Shown piece by piece: positions 1 to 10,186 of a DNA stretch of 64,000 nucleotides; position 1 is the stretch's first letter, and the number at the start of each line of letters is the position of its first letter. Made by a program: the position numbers and the translations under genes. Source of the stretch: an uncultured Bacilli bacterium (GTDB lineage Bacteria > Bacillota_I > Bacilli_A > RF39 > UBA660); the NCBI GenBank assembly GCA_934091055.1, contig CAKOKN010000001.1, positions 118,642 through 182,641 on the forward strand, in the 5' to 3' direction. The notes below the pieces were generated by a model, which worked only from the letters and a program-made list of their open reading frames with translations, had not been told where the DNA came from and did not search any database.

Positions 1-778
1 AGTAATAGTTATTATGTATTTAGCAGCTTATTATGAAAAGAATAAGAAGAAATTAGATAGTCAGTGGGGTATTATTAAACCTATGCTTCTTGTTATGGTT
101 ATAGTGGGACTTGTTGTAATACAACCAGATCTTGGTACTGCTAGTATTATATTTTTAATTTCATTACTTATATTTTATGCTGTTCCAGTAGAGAAGAAGA
201 GTAGAAGTATTTTTAATAAGATCTTTTTAGGAATATTATTAGTTATTTCATTAGTACTTATTACTACAAAGGGTAGTTTTCTTCAGGATTATCAGTTAGA
301 GAGATTTAACTTTATAGACCCTTGTGAGAGATATCAAGAAGACTCTGGTTATCAGTTATGTAATAGTTTTATTGCTTTTAAGAATGGTGGATTAAATGGT
401 CAAGGAATTGGTAAATCTACACAGAAGTATTTATATTTACCAGAATCTTATACAGACTTTATATTTCCTATAATAGTAGAAGAATGGGGACTTATAGTAG
501 GAGTTATTATTATATGTTTATATTTATTTGTTTTATTTAGAATAATTAAAGTGGCTAGAAGGGCTAGTAATTTACAGAATTCATTAATTTGTTATGGAGT
601 ATTTGCTTATATGCTTACTCATATAGTAGTTAATTTAATGGGTGTTATGGGACTTATTCCTTTAACTGGTGTACCACTTCCATTCTTGTCTTATGGTGGT
701 AGTTATACAATATGTTTATTAGTGGCTTTAGGATTAGTACAAAGATCTTCGATAGAGAGTGCTAAGTTACATAAATAA
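1..778 (+). CDS. ftsW: SEDS family cell-division/elongation protein FtsW/RodA, 5'-partial (runs off window start)
   Basis: Polytopic membrane protein with the FtsW/RodA C-terminal signature (PLTGVPLPFLSYGGS); sits directly upstream of ftsA-ftsZ. Confidence 0.8.
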   Translation, partial: VIVIMYLAAYYEKNKKKLDSQWGIIKPMLLVMVIVGLVVIQPDLGTASIIFLISLLIFYAVPVEKKSRSIFNKIFLGILLVISLVLITTKGSFLQDYQLERFNFIDPCERYQEDSGYQLCNSFIAFKNGGLNGQGIGKSTQKYLYLPESYTDFIFPIIVEEWGLIVGVIIICLYLFVLFRIIKVARRASNLQNSLICYGVFAYMLTHIVVNLMGVMGLIPLTGVPLPFLSYGGSYTICLLVALGLVQRSSIESAKLHK

Positions 779-783
779 AATAT

Positions 784-837
784 CATAAGATAGACTACAG
801 GCTATCTTATGCCTCGGAAGACAAGTGGCTTACGAGG
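784..837. repeat. Paired-hairpin intergenic repeat, copy E1: cataagatag-ACTACAGG-ctatcttatg followed by cctcggaag-ACAAGTGG-cttacgagg
   Basis: Two adjacent perfect hairpins. The loop motifs recur in six other intergenic sites of this window. Confidence 0.6.
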
Positions 838-937
838 AAAAAAAGAAGAAAAAATGTAGAAAAATAGAGAAAGTTATATACATTTTCTTTATTTTTTGTT
901 ATAATTAAACTGTATCATTTTAGGGAGAGTCGATATC

Positions 938-2182
938 GTGAAGAAAATATATACTGCTATTGATATTGGATCTGATACAATTAAGTTTGTTGTAGGAGAG
1001 TATTTTAAGGGTAGAGTTAATATTCTTTCTTCCTACGAAGGTAAATCAAAAGGGATAAGAAAAGGTTTAATTGTGGATCCTAATTTAGCTATTACTGCTA
1101 TTAAAGATGGAATAAAAGAGATTAATAGTTCTCTTGGTATAAATATTAATAAGGCTATTGTTAATGTGCCTGATTATAATTCTAAGTTTATTTATGTTAC
1201 TGGAGAAGTTGATATTACTAGTGAAGATGGGATTATTAGTACTGATGATATTAATAAAGTTATTAAGGCTTCAGTATACTCTAAGTTAGCACAAGAATAT
1301 GAACTTATTACAGTTATTCCTCTTGCTTTTTCAGTTGATGATAAAGTAGAGGCTACTCCTATTGGTAAGAGTGGTAGAAAACTTGGAATAAAGGGTATTA
1401 TGGTATCTGCTCCTAAGAAGAATATTTATTCTGTTTTATCTGTTATGGAAGGGGCTGGTATAGAAGTAGTTGATATTACTGTATCAGGTCTTGGAGATTA
1501 TTATGAAGTTAGAAATGATACTCTAGATAAGAGTTTAGGAGCTATTATTAATTTGGGATATGAGACTACTAATGTATCTATATTTAATAGAGGTAAACTT
1601 ATGAATACAGAGACTATACAATTAGGTGGTATAAATGTAGATAAAGATCTTGCCTATATGTTTAATATTAATATGTTTGATGCTAGAATTATTAAAGAGA
1701 AGTTTGCTTCTTCACATAAGAGATTTATTGCACTTAATGATGTTTATGAAGTTAAGAATACTGCTAATGAGACTGTTAAGTTAAATCAGATTGAAGTTAC
1801 GGAAATAGTTATGGATAGACTAGCAGAGATATTAAAGCTAGCTAGGAAACAAATATTTTTGTTGACAAAACGAGATATTTCTTATATAGTAATAACAGGA
1901 GGATTGACAGAAATAAGGGCTTTTAAGAATTTAGTCTATGAAATTCTAGGAAAAGATGTTATAATATATATTGAGGATACTCTTGGTATAAGAGACAATA
2001 AGTATACTACTGCAGTTGGTATGATTAAGTACTTTGTAGATAAGACAGAGACTAGAGGTAGAGAGTATTCAATGATAGATGAAGAAAGTGAGGATTTACT
2101 TATAAATCCTAATAAAAATAGAAAGGACAAAACTGCAATTACCAAAATATTTGGAAATTTTATTGGCACTAAGGAGGATTAA
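938..2182 (+). CDS. ftsA: Cell division protein FtsA (GTG start)
   Basis: Actin-like ATPase fold, N-terminal [14 protein letters not shown]; immediately precedes ftsZ; GGGAGAG RBS 8 nt upstream. Confidence 0.9.
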   Translation: MKKIYTAIDIGSDTIKFVVGEYFKGRVNILSSYEGKSKGIRKGLIVDPNLAITAIKDGIKEINSSLGININKAIVNVPDYNSKFIYVTGEVDITSEDGIISTDDINKVIKASVYSKLAQEYELITVIPLAFSVDDKVEATPIGKSGRKLGIKGIMVSAPKKNIYSVLSVMEGAGIEVVDITVSGLGDYYEVRNDTLDKSLGAIINLGYETTNVSIFNRGKLMNTETIQLGGINVDKDLAYMFNINMFDARIIKEKFASSHKRFIALNDVYEVKNTANETVKLNQIEVTEIVMDRLAEILKLARKQIFLLTKRDISYIVITGGLTEIRAFKNLVYEILGKDVIIYIEDTLGIRDNKYTTAVGMIKYFVDKTETRGREYSMIDEESEDLLINPNKNRKDKTAITKIFGNFIGTKED

Positions 2183-2184
2183 GG

Positions 2185-3264
2185 ATGAATAATATGTTTG
2201 GTTTGGAAATGGATCAATTAGCTAAAATTAAAGTTATTGGAGTTGGGGGAGGCGGCTGTAATGCTGTCAACAGAATGATTGAGTCAGGTTTAAAGGGCGT
2301 TGAATTTATTGTTGCTAATACTGACCTTCAAGTTTTAAATAATTCTCTTGCTCCAATAAAATTACAAATTGGTAGAGAACTTACTGATGGACTAGGAGCA
2401 GGAGCTAATCCTGAGATAGGTAGAGAGGCAGCACTTGAATCTAAAGCTGAGATAGAAGAGGCTATTAAGGGTGCTGATATGGTATTTATTACTTGTGGTA
2501 TGGGTGGTGGTACTGGTACTGGTGCTGCACCTGTTATGGCAGAGATTAGTCAGGATCTTGGAGCTTTGACTGTTGGTATAGTTACTAAACCATTTAGTTT
2601 TGAAGGAAAGAAGAGAATGACACAAGCGATTGCAGGACTTGATGAGTTAAAGAAACACGTAGATACTTTGATAGTTATACCTAATGATCGTTTGAGAGAA
2701 CTTATTGATAAGTCTACGCCAATGCTTGAGGCATTTAGAGAAGTAGATAATGTATTACATAGAGGTGTACAGTCTATATCTGATTTGATAGCAGTATCTG
2801 GACTAGTTAATCTAGATTTTGCGGATGTTAAGACTGTTATGAAAGATAGAGGTAATGCTTTAATTGGTATTGGTGTTGGATCTGGAGAGAATAGAGCTAC
2901 AGATGCTGCTAAACAGGCTGTATCTTCACCACTTCTTGAGACTTCTATTAATGGAGCTACTGATGCTATTATTAATGTTACTGGTGGAGCTTCACTTACT
3001 TTGTATGAGGTAGAAGAGGCTGCAGAAGTTATTAGAACTGCTGCTAATACTGATATTAATACGATATTTGGAGCAGTTATTAATGAGAACTTGAATGATG
3101 AGGTAATAGTTACTGTTATTGCTACTGGTTTTGAAAATCAGAGTGAACCTTTATATCATAGTTTTAGTTCTACTAATAAGGAAGATTTATTTAGAGAGGG
3201 TACTAATGATATTGATAATGATTTGGATATTCCTCCATTCTTAAGAGATAGAGATACTTTTTAG
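2185..3264 (+). CDS. ftsZ: Cell division GTPase FtsZ
   Basis: Tubulin signature GGGTGTG, N-terminal [17 protein letters not shown]; AAGGAGG RBS. Confidence 0.95.
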   Translation: MNNMFGLEMDQLAKIKVIGVGGGGCNAVNRMIESGLKGVEFIVANTDLQVLNNSLAPIKLQIGRELTDGLGAGANPEIGREAALESKAEIEEAIKGADMVFITCGMGGGTGTGAAPVMAEISQDLGALTVGIVTKPFSFEGKKRMTQAIAGLDELKKHVDTLIVIPNDRLRELIDKSTPMLEAFREVDNVLHRGVQSISDLIAVSGLVNLDFADVKTVMKDRGNALIGIGVGSGENRATDAAKQAVSSPLLETSINGATDAIINVTGGASLTLYEVEEAAEVIRTAANTDINTIFGAVINENLNDEVIVTVIATGFENQSEPLYHSFSSTNKEDLFREGTNDIDNDLDIPPFLRDRDTF

Positions 3265-3293
3265 TTTAAAAGAGTTATAAATAGTTTTAATTA

Positions 3294-3336
3294 GAGAATT
3301 GTAATCTGTAATTTAGAGATGGCAATTCTTTTTTTG
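3294..3336 (+). terminator. Putative intrinsic terminator after ftsZ
   Basis: agaattg...caattct stem followed by T7 run; the loop is long, so strength is uncertain. Confidence 0.35.
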
Positions 3337-3338
3337 TT

Positions 3339-3391
3339 CCTTTCTAACCTGTAGTTTAGAAAGGTTTGATAAAGCCTTGGATCTTTATCAA
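3339..3391. repeat. Paired-hairpin intergenic repeat, copy E2: cctttctaa-CCTGTAGT-ttagaaagg followed by ttgataaag-CCTTGGAT-ctttatcaa
   Basis: The CCTGTAGT loop is the reverse complement of the ACTACAGG loop in E1; same two-hairpin architecture. Confidence 0.5.
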
Positions 3392-3421
3392 AGAAATATT
3401 TTGGGAAATAATTTAGATATT

Positions 3422-3462
3422 TTAGCAATTGGTATTGACAATTGCTAAAATAGTGCTATAAT
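3422..3462 (+). promoter_or_regulatory. htpG promoter (-35 TTGACA 3435-3440, -10 TATAAT 3457-3462) embedded in a CIRCE-like 9-N9-9 inverted repeat TTAGCAATT-N9-AATTGCTAA (3422-3448)
   Basis: Perfect 9-bp inverted repeat with 9-nt spacer, matching the CIRCE geometry (TTAGCACTC-N9-GAGTGCTAA) in 6 of 9 positions per arm. It overlaps the -35 box of a near-consensus sigma-A promoter. Confidence 0.45.
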
Positions 3463-3499
3463 TATATTTGTAATAAAGTTATAGGAGATGGTTATAATA

Positions 3500-5380
3500 A
3501 TGAAGAAGAGAGAATTTAAGACAGAGAGTAAAAGAGTACTTGATTTAATGATAAATTCTATTTATACAAATAAAGAAATATTTTTAAGAGAGCTTATATC
3601 TAATGCTAGTGATGCTTTAGATAAGTTATATTATTTATCACTTACTGATAGTAGTATAAAGATAAATAAGGCTGACTTATTTATTCGTGTTGATTATGAT
3701 AAAGATAAGAGAACTATTACTATTACTGATAATGGTTGTGGTATGACTGAAGAGGAACTTGAAAATAATTTGGGTGTAATAGCAGAGTCTGGATCTCTTC
3801 ACTTTAAAGAAGAAAATAAAGATAGTGAAGATGTTAATGTTATAGGACAGTTTGGAGTAGGCTTTTATTCAGCTTTTATGGTTAGTAAGAAAGTTACTGT
3901 AGAATCTAAGTCTTATAAAGATGGTAAAGCTACATTATGGTCTTCTAGTGGAGTAGATGGATATACATTAAGTTCTAGTACTAAAGAAGAAGTTGGTACT
4001 AAGATTACATTATACTTAAAAGACGATGATGAAGATTATAATTATAGTGAGCTTTTAAGTGAATATAAACTTAGAGGTATTATAAAGAAATATTCTGACT
4101 ATGTTATTTATCCTATTAAGATGGAAGTAGAAAATAATAGGAAGAAAGAAGATAGTGAGGAATATGAAACATATAAAGAAGTAGTTACTATTAATAGTAG
4201 AATTCCTTTATGGAAGAGAGATAAGAAAGATATTACTGAAGAAGAATATAATAATTTTTATACTGATAAGTTCTATGACTATAGTGCTCCGATTAAAGTA
4301 ATGCACTTTAATATTGAAGGTAATGTTAATTATACTGCTTTATTATATATTCCTTCACATGCACCTTATGATTATTATACTAAAGAGTATGAAAAGGGAT
4401 TACAGTTATATACTAATGGAGTACTTATAATGGATAAGTGTAAGGATATGCTTCCTGATTACTTTAGTTTTGTAAAGGGAGTTATAGATACTTCAGATAT
4501 TCCTCTTAATATTTCAAGAGAAACATTACAAGACGATAAAAATATTAAACTTATAGCTAAGAGTATTGAAAGTAAGATAAGAAAAGAATTAGAAGCTCTA
4601 TTAAAAGAAGATAGAGAGAAGTATGAAGAATTTTATAAGGCTTTTGGTACTGGTATTAAGTTTGGTATATATAATGATTATGGTATGAATAAAGATAAAC
4701 TTCAAGATTTACTTATGTTTTATTCTTCAAAAGAAAAGAAGTTAGTTACTTTAAAAGAATATACTGAAAGAATGAAGGACAAAGATAAAAATATATATTA
4801 TGCTTGTGGTGAGACTATTGAAAAGATAGATATGTTACCTCAAGTGGAGAGTGTAAAAGATAAGTATGAAGTGTTATACTTAACTGATTATGTAGATGAG
4901 TTTGCTATTAAGACACTTCATTCATATAATGATAAAGAGTTTGTTAATGTATCTTCAGATAGTACTGATTTATCTTCAGAAAAAGAGAAAAAAGAGATAA
5001 ATAAGATTAATGAAGATAATAAAGATATGCTTAGTGTTATGAAAGAAGCATTAGATTCTTCAGTAGTAGAAGTTAAGTTTACTAATAAACTTAAAAATCA
5101 TCCAGCTTGTTTAACTACTGAAGGAGAAGTATCTACTTCAATGGAGAAGGTAATTAATGCTATGCCTACTGATGAAAAGATTAATGCTAAGATGGTATTA
5201 GAAATTAATAATAATCATAAGATTACTGAGAAGCTTAAAGATCTTTATAATAAAGATAAAGAAGAGATGAAGAAGTATGCTAAGGTTATTTATATGGAAG
5301 CTAGATTAATTGAAGGACTACCTATAGATAATCCAACAGAATTTAGTAATCTTATGTGTGATATAATGGCAAGTAAGTAA
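3500..5380 (+). CDS. htpG: Molecular chaperone HtpG (Hsp90); start taken at MKKREF, not the upstream in-frame ATG
   Basis: N-terminal ATPase motif LISNASDALDK and overall Hsp90 layout. The ATG at 3488 has no spacer after the GGAG and is therefore unlikely. Confidence 0.9.
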   Translation: MKKREFKTESKRVLDLMINSIYTNKEIFLRELISNASDALDKLYYLSLTDSSIKINKADLFIRVDYDKDKRTITITDNGCGMTEEELENNLGVIAESGSLHFKEENKDSEDVNVIGQFGVGFYSAFMVSKKVTVESKSYKDGKATLWSSSGVDGYTLSSSTKEEVGTKITLYLKDDDEDYNYSELLSEYKLRGIIKKYSDYVIYPIKMEVENNRKKEDSEEYETYKEVVTINSRIPLWKRDKKDITEEEYNNFYTDKFYDYSAPIKVMHFNIEGNVNYTALLYIPSHAPYDYYTKEYEKGLQLYTNGVLIMDKCKDMLPDYFSFVKGVIDTSDIPLNISRETLQDDKNIKLIAKSIESKIRKELEALLKEDREKYEEFYKAFGTGIKFGIYNDYGMNKDKLQDLLMFYSSKEKKLVTLKEYTERMKDKDKNIYYACGETIEKIDMLPQVESVKDKYEVLYLTDYVDEFAIKTLHSYNDKEFVNVSSDSTDLSSEKEKKEINKINEDNKDMLSVMKEALDSSVVEVKFTNKLKNHPACLTTEGEVSTSMEKVINAMPTDEKINAKMVLEINNNHKITEKLKDLYNKDKEEMKKYAKVIYMEARLIEGLPIDNPTEFSNLMCDIMASK

Positions 5381-5408
5381 TTATAATTAAGAAAGGAAAG
5401 TGATTTAT

Positions 5409-5786
5409 ATGCTTACTAACAGATTTTTTCTAGATGACAATTTCTTTAAAGGAGAAGAAGGTGTAAGAAGTGATATTTATGAAAAGGATGGTAATATTGT
5501 TGTAGAAATGGAAGCTCCTGGTTATACTAAAGAAGATATTTCTATTTCTATTGATAAGGGTGAGTTATCTGTTACTTTTGAAAAGAAAGAAGAAGATGAG
5601 GAAAATAAAAAGTATCTTCATCGTGAAAGAAAGAGCTATAGTAAACTTACTAGAACCTTTTATCTAGGAGATGTAGATGAAGATAATTTGACTGCTAGTT
5701 TTAAGAATGGTGTTCTTACTGTTAAGACTTCTAAGAATAAAGAAATAGAAACTAAAAAAACTATAGATATAGTAGACTCTGAATAA
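5409..5786 (+). CDS. Hsp20/alpha-crystallin family small heat-shock protein
   Basis: Alpha-crystallin domain pattern (DIYEKDGNIVVEMEAPGYTKEDISISID ... GVLTVK); 28-nt gap after htpG implies co-transcription; AAGGAAAG RBS 8 nt before ATG 5409. Confidence 0.8.
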   Translation: MLTNRFFLDDNFFKGEEGVRSDIYEKDGNIVVEMEAPGYTKEDISISIDKGELSVTFEKKEEDEENKKYLHRERKSYSKLTRTFYLGDVDEDNLTASFKNGVLTVKTSKNKEIETKKTIDIVDSE

Positions 5787-5854
5787 GAGCCTACTTTTTA
5801 TTTGACTTTTAGAGCTATATATGTTAATATAAAGGTGTTTTAAGGGGGAATATA

Positions 5855-6730
5855 ATGATTACTAATAAAGAACTTGGTTATGTAACTTCGTGGGCTAATA
5901 AAGTACCATATCCAGGAATTTCTTATGCTAAGATGGCTGCGGATAATTTATCTAATGCTTTTGAGAACTTTAATAAGTACTATAGTGGTAAAGAATATGA
6001 TGTTGTTTTATCTAATGGAGAAGAATTTCTTTTTGAAATTTTAAATATGAATTTATGTCATATGTTAGGTATTGATTATAAGAATTTAAGTGGTCCTTAT
6101 TTTGATACTTTTAGGAAACAAGTTATACCAGATTTTAATGATACTGGTTCTTATGATTTACTTAAAGCTATTATTAATAATATTGATGATGTACTTAACT
6201 ATGACTTTAATATAGGAGGTAAATTACTTAATTATTATCGTATAGTAATTAAATGTGCTATATTTGATAAATTATCTGATTTTGGTAAGTTTAATTTTGG
6301 TGTTATTAATTTTGATAAGAATACTTATATAAATACTTCTAAAAGAAATATAAATAGTAATAGTGAGAAATATTTATATGTACAAAGTAATGAAGGAGTA
6401 GCTCCGTACTTTATGATGGGTATTATACCACAAAATGGATTTAATGCAGAAGAAAGTACTCCGAAGAAGTATGCAGTAGAAACTTTGATGGCTCCAGTTA
6501 ATGCTGATGACTTTTTTAGAGATCAAGAAGTCGTTATTCCAACACAAATACTTGTTACTACTGATAAAGCTATGTCTAGAAAAGAGGCTTCTTCAGAAGA
6601 TAAGATAGCGCTTCTTAATCAATATCGTTCTATTATTAGTTCTTATGGACTTAATAATAGACTTAATATATATGGTGATTACGAAGCAATGTTAGTAAAT
6701 GATATGAAGATTAAGACTAAGAAATTATAA
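5855..6730 (+). CDS. Hypothetical protein (291 aa), no recognisable family
   Basis: Long ORF with strong GGGGG RBS; forms a tight pair with the next ORF. Confidence 0.6.
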   Translation: MITNKELGYVTSWANKVPYPGISYAKMAADNLSNAFENFNKYYSGKEYDVVLSNGEEFLFEILNMNLCHMLGIDYKNLSGPYFDTFRKQVIPDFNDTGSYDLLKAIINNIDDVLNYDFNIGGKLLNYYRIVIKCAIFDKLSDFGKFNFGVINFDKNTYINTSKRNINSNSEKYLYVQSNEGVAPYFMMGIIPQNGFNAEESTPKKYAVETLMAPVNADDFFRDQEVVIPTQILVTTDKAMSRKEASSEDKIALLNQYRSIISSYGLNNRLNIYGDYEAMLVNDMKIKTKKL

Positions 6731-6745
6731 TATTAGGAGGAATAT

Positions 6746-7438
6746 ATGGCTTATTCTATTATGATTAAAAAGGGTGAAGAGTTAGTTAAATTAGATATTA
6801 GTAATTTACCTACTTTTGAGAGATTATCTAAATATAAAGATAGTAAGACTTATTCTTTAGAAGAGATAGATTTATGTACTTCAAAGTATGAGAATATAAT
6901 GTATTTAAAGAAAGATTTAGTAGATTATTTTATTTTACCATTTGAAGACATATCTAAAGATATATCTATAGGTATGAAGAGTGGAGATAATTATAAGAAA
7001 GTTAAGAAAGGATTAGTATATAAAAAAGATACTAAATACTTAGATTATCTTTCTCTTAAATATATACTTTTATCTAAACAAAATGATAAAGTGTTTTTAG
7101 AGAAATTAGCCGCTTATTATCGTGGGAGTTATATTAATAATATTAATGTTTTAAAGCTTGCTAATATGGTATCTAATAATTATTATTATGGTGTTATTGG
7201 AGTACTTCAGGACTTTTATGACAGAGAAGTTAGCCGTTTTGATAAAAGGGAAGAAAAATATAAACTTAATTATAAAGCTTTTAGAGATCTTGGAATGTTT
7301 ATTTCTAAGTATGATGAGGCTTTAGTTAAGAAATCAACAGATCAAGATTATAAGCATTTATTTAAAAGTACTAAGAGTAAAAAGAAAGTTAAAGAGAAGA
7401 TAGATAAAGAAGTAGAAGGTCAAATGTCATTTTTCTAA
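6746..7438 (+). CDS. Hypothetical protein (230 aa), Lys-rich C-terminus
   Basis: AGGAGG RBS 6 nt upstream; 15-nt gap after the previous ORF. Confidence 0.6.
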   Translation: MAYSIMIKKGEELVKLDISNLPTFERLSKYKDSKTYSLEEIDLCTSKYENIMYLKKDLVDYFILPFEDISKDISIGMKSGDNYKKVKKGLVYKKDTKYLDYLSLKYILLSKQNDKVFLEKLAAYYRGSYINNINVLKLANMVSNNYYYGVIGVLQDFYDREVSRFDKREEKYKLNYKAFRDLGMFISKYDEALVKKSTDQDYKHLFKSTKSKKKVKEKIDKEVEGQMSFF

Positions 7439-7489
7439 AATATATTGACCTTCTTTTTTTTAATATGATATAATGATTATGGTGATAAA

Positions 7490-9493
7490 ATGCGTGATAT
7501 AGAAAAGAGAATAGATGAGATAATTAGTATATTAAATAAGGCTAGTTATGAGTATTATGTTTTAGATACTCCTAGTATAACAGATCAGGAGTATGATGAC
7601 TATTATAGTGAATTACTTAGATTAGAAGATAAATATCCTAATCTTAAGAGAGAAGACTCTCCTACTACAAGAGTAGGGGGGGAGGCTATAAGTAAATTTA
7701 ATAAAGTTACTCATAAAAGTCCAATGCTTTCTTTTGATGATATATTTAATGAAGATGAGATAATTGCTTTCGATGAGAGAATTAAGAAGACAATAGATAA
7801 TCCTATTTATACTGTAGAACCTAAAATGGATGGTTTATCTGGTTCTTTAATATATGAAAAGGGAGTATTAGTTAGAGTGGCTACTAGGGGTAATGGATTA
7901 GTTGGTGAGGACATTACACTTAATGCTAAGACTATTAAATCTATTCCTCTTAGACTTACTCGTAATATTGATATAGAAGTAAGAGGAGAAATCTATATGA
8001 GTAAGGCTTCTTTTGCTAAAGCAAATAAAGAGAGAGAATTAAATAACGAACCATTATTTGCTAATCCTAGAAATGCTGCTGCTGGTAGTGTAAGACAATT
8101 AGATAGTAAAGTGACTGCAAGAAGAGGACTTGATTTTATGGCTTATTTCATTCCTAATCCTAAAGATTATGGAATTAAAACACAAGAAGAATCTCTTAAG
8201 TTTTTAAGATGTCTTGGCTTTGTTACTAATTATAAACTTAATACAGTAGCTAATAATGTTAATGAAATAATTAGTGATATAGAGAAATTAGGTAAGATTA
8301 GAAATGAATTAGATTATGAGATAGATGGCGTTGTATTAAAGGTTAATGATCTTAATGATGAAGATAAGTTGGGAGTTACTGCGAGAGTTCCTAGGTGGGG
8401 TATTGCTTATAAATTTCCTGCTCCAGAAGTTCTTACTACTTTAAAAGATATTAAGTTTACGGTAGGTAGAACTGGCAAGATTACTCCTAATGCTATATTC
8501 TCTCCAGTACACGTAGCAGGTTCTTTAATATCAAAAGCTACTTTACATAATGAAGATTATTGCGCTGCAAAAGATGTTAGAATAGGGGATACAATTTCTA
8601 TTAGAAAAGCAGGAGATGTTATACCAGAAGTTGTTAGAGTTATTAAAGAAAGAAGAAATGGTACAGAAAAGAAGTTTGAAATGATAAGTACTTGTCCTAT
8701 ATGTTCTTCTCTTCTTGAAAGAAAGTTAGGAGAAGCCGACTACTATTGTCCTAATATATATTGTCCTGCGAGAAAGATTGAGAATATTATTCATTTTGCG
8801 GAAAGAGAAGCTATGAATATAGATGGTATGGGAGAAGCTGTTATTGAGGACTTATATAATGAAGGATTTATTAAAGATATTGCAGATATTTATGATATTG
8901 ATAGTTATAAAGAGGAACTTATTAATTTAGAAGGTTATGGTACTAAGAAGATAGATAATTTAAGAGAAGCTATAGTTCGTAGTAAAAGTAATTCTCTAGA
9001 GAGACTTTTATTTGGGCTTGGTATTAGAAATGTTGGAGGTAAGACTGCTAAAATGCTTGCTAGAAAGTATAAGTCTTTAGATAAGTTAATGACTGCTAGT
9101 TATGAAGAACTTACTAATACACCAGATATTGGTAGTGTTATTGCTAGTAGTATTATTTCTTATTTTGCTAATGAAGATAATAAAAGAATTATTGATAAAC
9201 TAAAGAGTATTGGAGTTAATACTTTGTATATAGAAGATACTAACTATAAAGAAAGTGATTTATTTAGTGGTAAGACTTTTGTTCTTACTGGTTCTCTTAC
9301 TAATATTACGAGAGATGAAGCTACTTCTATTATAGAGAGTTTAGGTGGTAAGGTATCTTCTTCAGTTAGTTCAAAGACTAATGCTGTTATAGTAGGAGAT
9401 AATCCTGGTAGTAAGTATGATAAAGCAATTAGTCTTAATATTCCTATTTGGCAGGAAGAAGAGTTTTTAGATAAAATAAAGGAAGAAAAATAA
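7490..9493 (+). CDS. ligA: NAD-dependent DNA ligase LigA
   Basis: Adenylation motif KMDGLS, OB fold, Zn-finger Cys4 (CPICSS...CPNIYC), HhH and C-terminal BRCT. Confidence 0.95.
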   Translation: MRDIEKRIDEIISILNKASYEYYVLDTPSITDQEYDDYYSELLRLEDKYPNLKREDSPTTRVGGEAISKFNKVTHKSPMLSFDDIFNEDEIIAFDERIKKTIDNPIYTVEPKMDGLSGSLIYEKGVLVRVATRGNGLVGEDITLNAKTIKSIPLRLTRNIDIEVRGEIYMSKASFAKANKERELNNEPLFANPRNAAAGSVRQLDSKVTARRGLDFMAYFIPNPKDYGIKTQEESLKFLRCLGFVTNYKLNTVANNVNEIISDIEKLGKIRNELDYEIDGVVLKVNDLNDEDKLGVTARVPRWGIAYKFPAPEVLTTLKDIKFTVGRTGKITPNAIFSPVHVAGSLISKATLHNEDYCAAKDVRIGDTISIRKAGDVIPEVVRVIKERRNGTEKKFEMISTCPICSSLLERKLGEADYYCPNIYCPARKIENIIHFAEREAMNIDGMGEAVIEDLYNEGFIKDIADIYDIDSYKEELINLEGYGTKKIDNLREAIVRSKSNSLERLLFGLGIRNVGGKTAKMLARKYKSLDKLMTASYEELTNTPDIGSVIASSIISYFANEDNKRIIDKLKSIGVNTLYIEDTNYKESDLFSGKTFVLTGSLTNITRDEATSIIESLGGKVSSSVSSKTNAVIVGDNPGSKYDKAISLNIPIWQEEEFLDKIKEEK

Positions 9494-9544
9494 TATTTCT
9501 TCTTTTTTTCACTTTTAAGATAGTTTCTGCATATAATTAGATAG

Positions 9545-9940
9545 GTGATGTATGTGGATGGTATAAATGGTTTTAAGATTTTTGTTAGAAAAAATCCTAA
9601 TTTAATTACTTATGTTAGAGATGGTAGTATGTCGTGGCAGAAGTTTTATGAATTATATGATTTATATGGGGAAGATAATAGTATATGGGATAGTTATATT
9701 AATAAGAAGATAGATAATACTAGTACTAGTAGGACTTCTGATAATAGTAGTAAGAGTAATTTTTCATTAGGTAATATACTTGATATGGCTAAGAATATTG
9801 ATGCTAATAGACTTAGTGATGGAATTTCTTCTCTTCAGAAGGCTATTGGATTATTTGGTGATATAATTAGTAAAGATAGCACTAGTAGTACTAATAGTAG
9901 TTATACTCCTAGACCTATCTATAGGAAGTTTGATGATTAA
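9545..9940 (+). CDS. Hypothetical protein (131 aa), Ser/Thr-rich middle segment
   Basis: ORF only; start codon uncertain (GTG 9545 or ATG 9548). Confidence 0.35.
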   Translation: MMYVDGINGFKIFVRKNPNLITYVRDGSMSWQKFYELYDLYGEDNSIWDSYINKKIDNTSTSRTSDNSSKSNFSLGNILDMAKNIDANRLSDGISSLQKAIGLFGDIISKDSTSSTNSSYTPRPIYRKFDD

Positions 9941-10161
9941 TGACAGTAGAGGTTCAGCTTAAAATAAATAATGATCCAAGACTTAAAGCTTTTATAAGAG
10001 AATATCCTATATGGTATAAAAGACTTAATAGAGATCCTTCTTTATTTCAAGATTTTGTTAATGATATGAAGAATAAATATAAACTTACTACTAGTGATAG
10101 AATTAGTAGAGTTTTAGATAATATTGGAATGTTAGAAGCTTTTATTAATGTATTAAAATAA
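9940..10161 (+). CDS. Hypothetical small protein (73 aa)
   Basis: Start overlaps the stop of the previous ORF (translational coupling); followed by a bidirectional hairpin at 10166-10190. Confidence 0.4.
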   Translation: MTVEVQLKINNDPRLKAFIREYPIWYKRLNRDPSLFQDFVNDMKNKYKLTTSDRISRVLDNIGMLEAFINVLK

Positions 10162-10186
10162 AAAATATTAAGGGTTGTCCTTAATA

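Noticed and set aside
1936-2625. Antisense ORFs 1936..2169(-) and 2392..2625(-) inside ftsA/ftsZ
   Set aside because: Fully embedded in well-supported genes on the opposite strand; low-complexity translations; no RBS.
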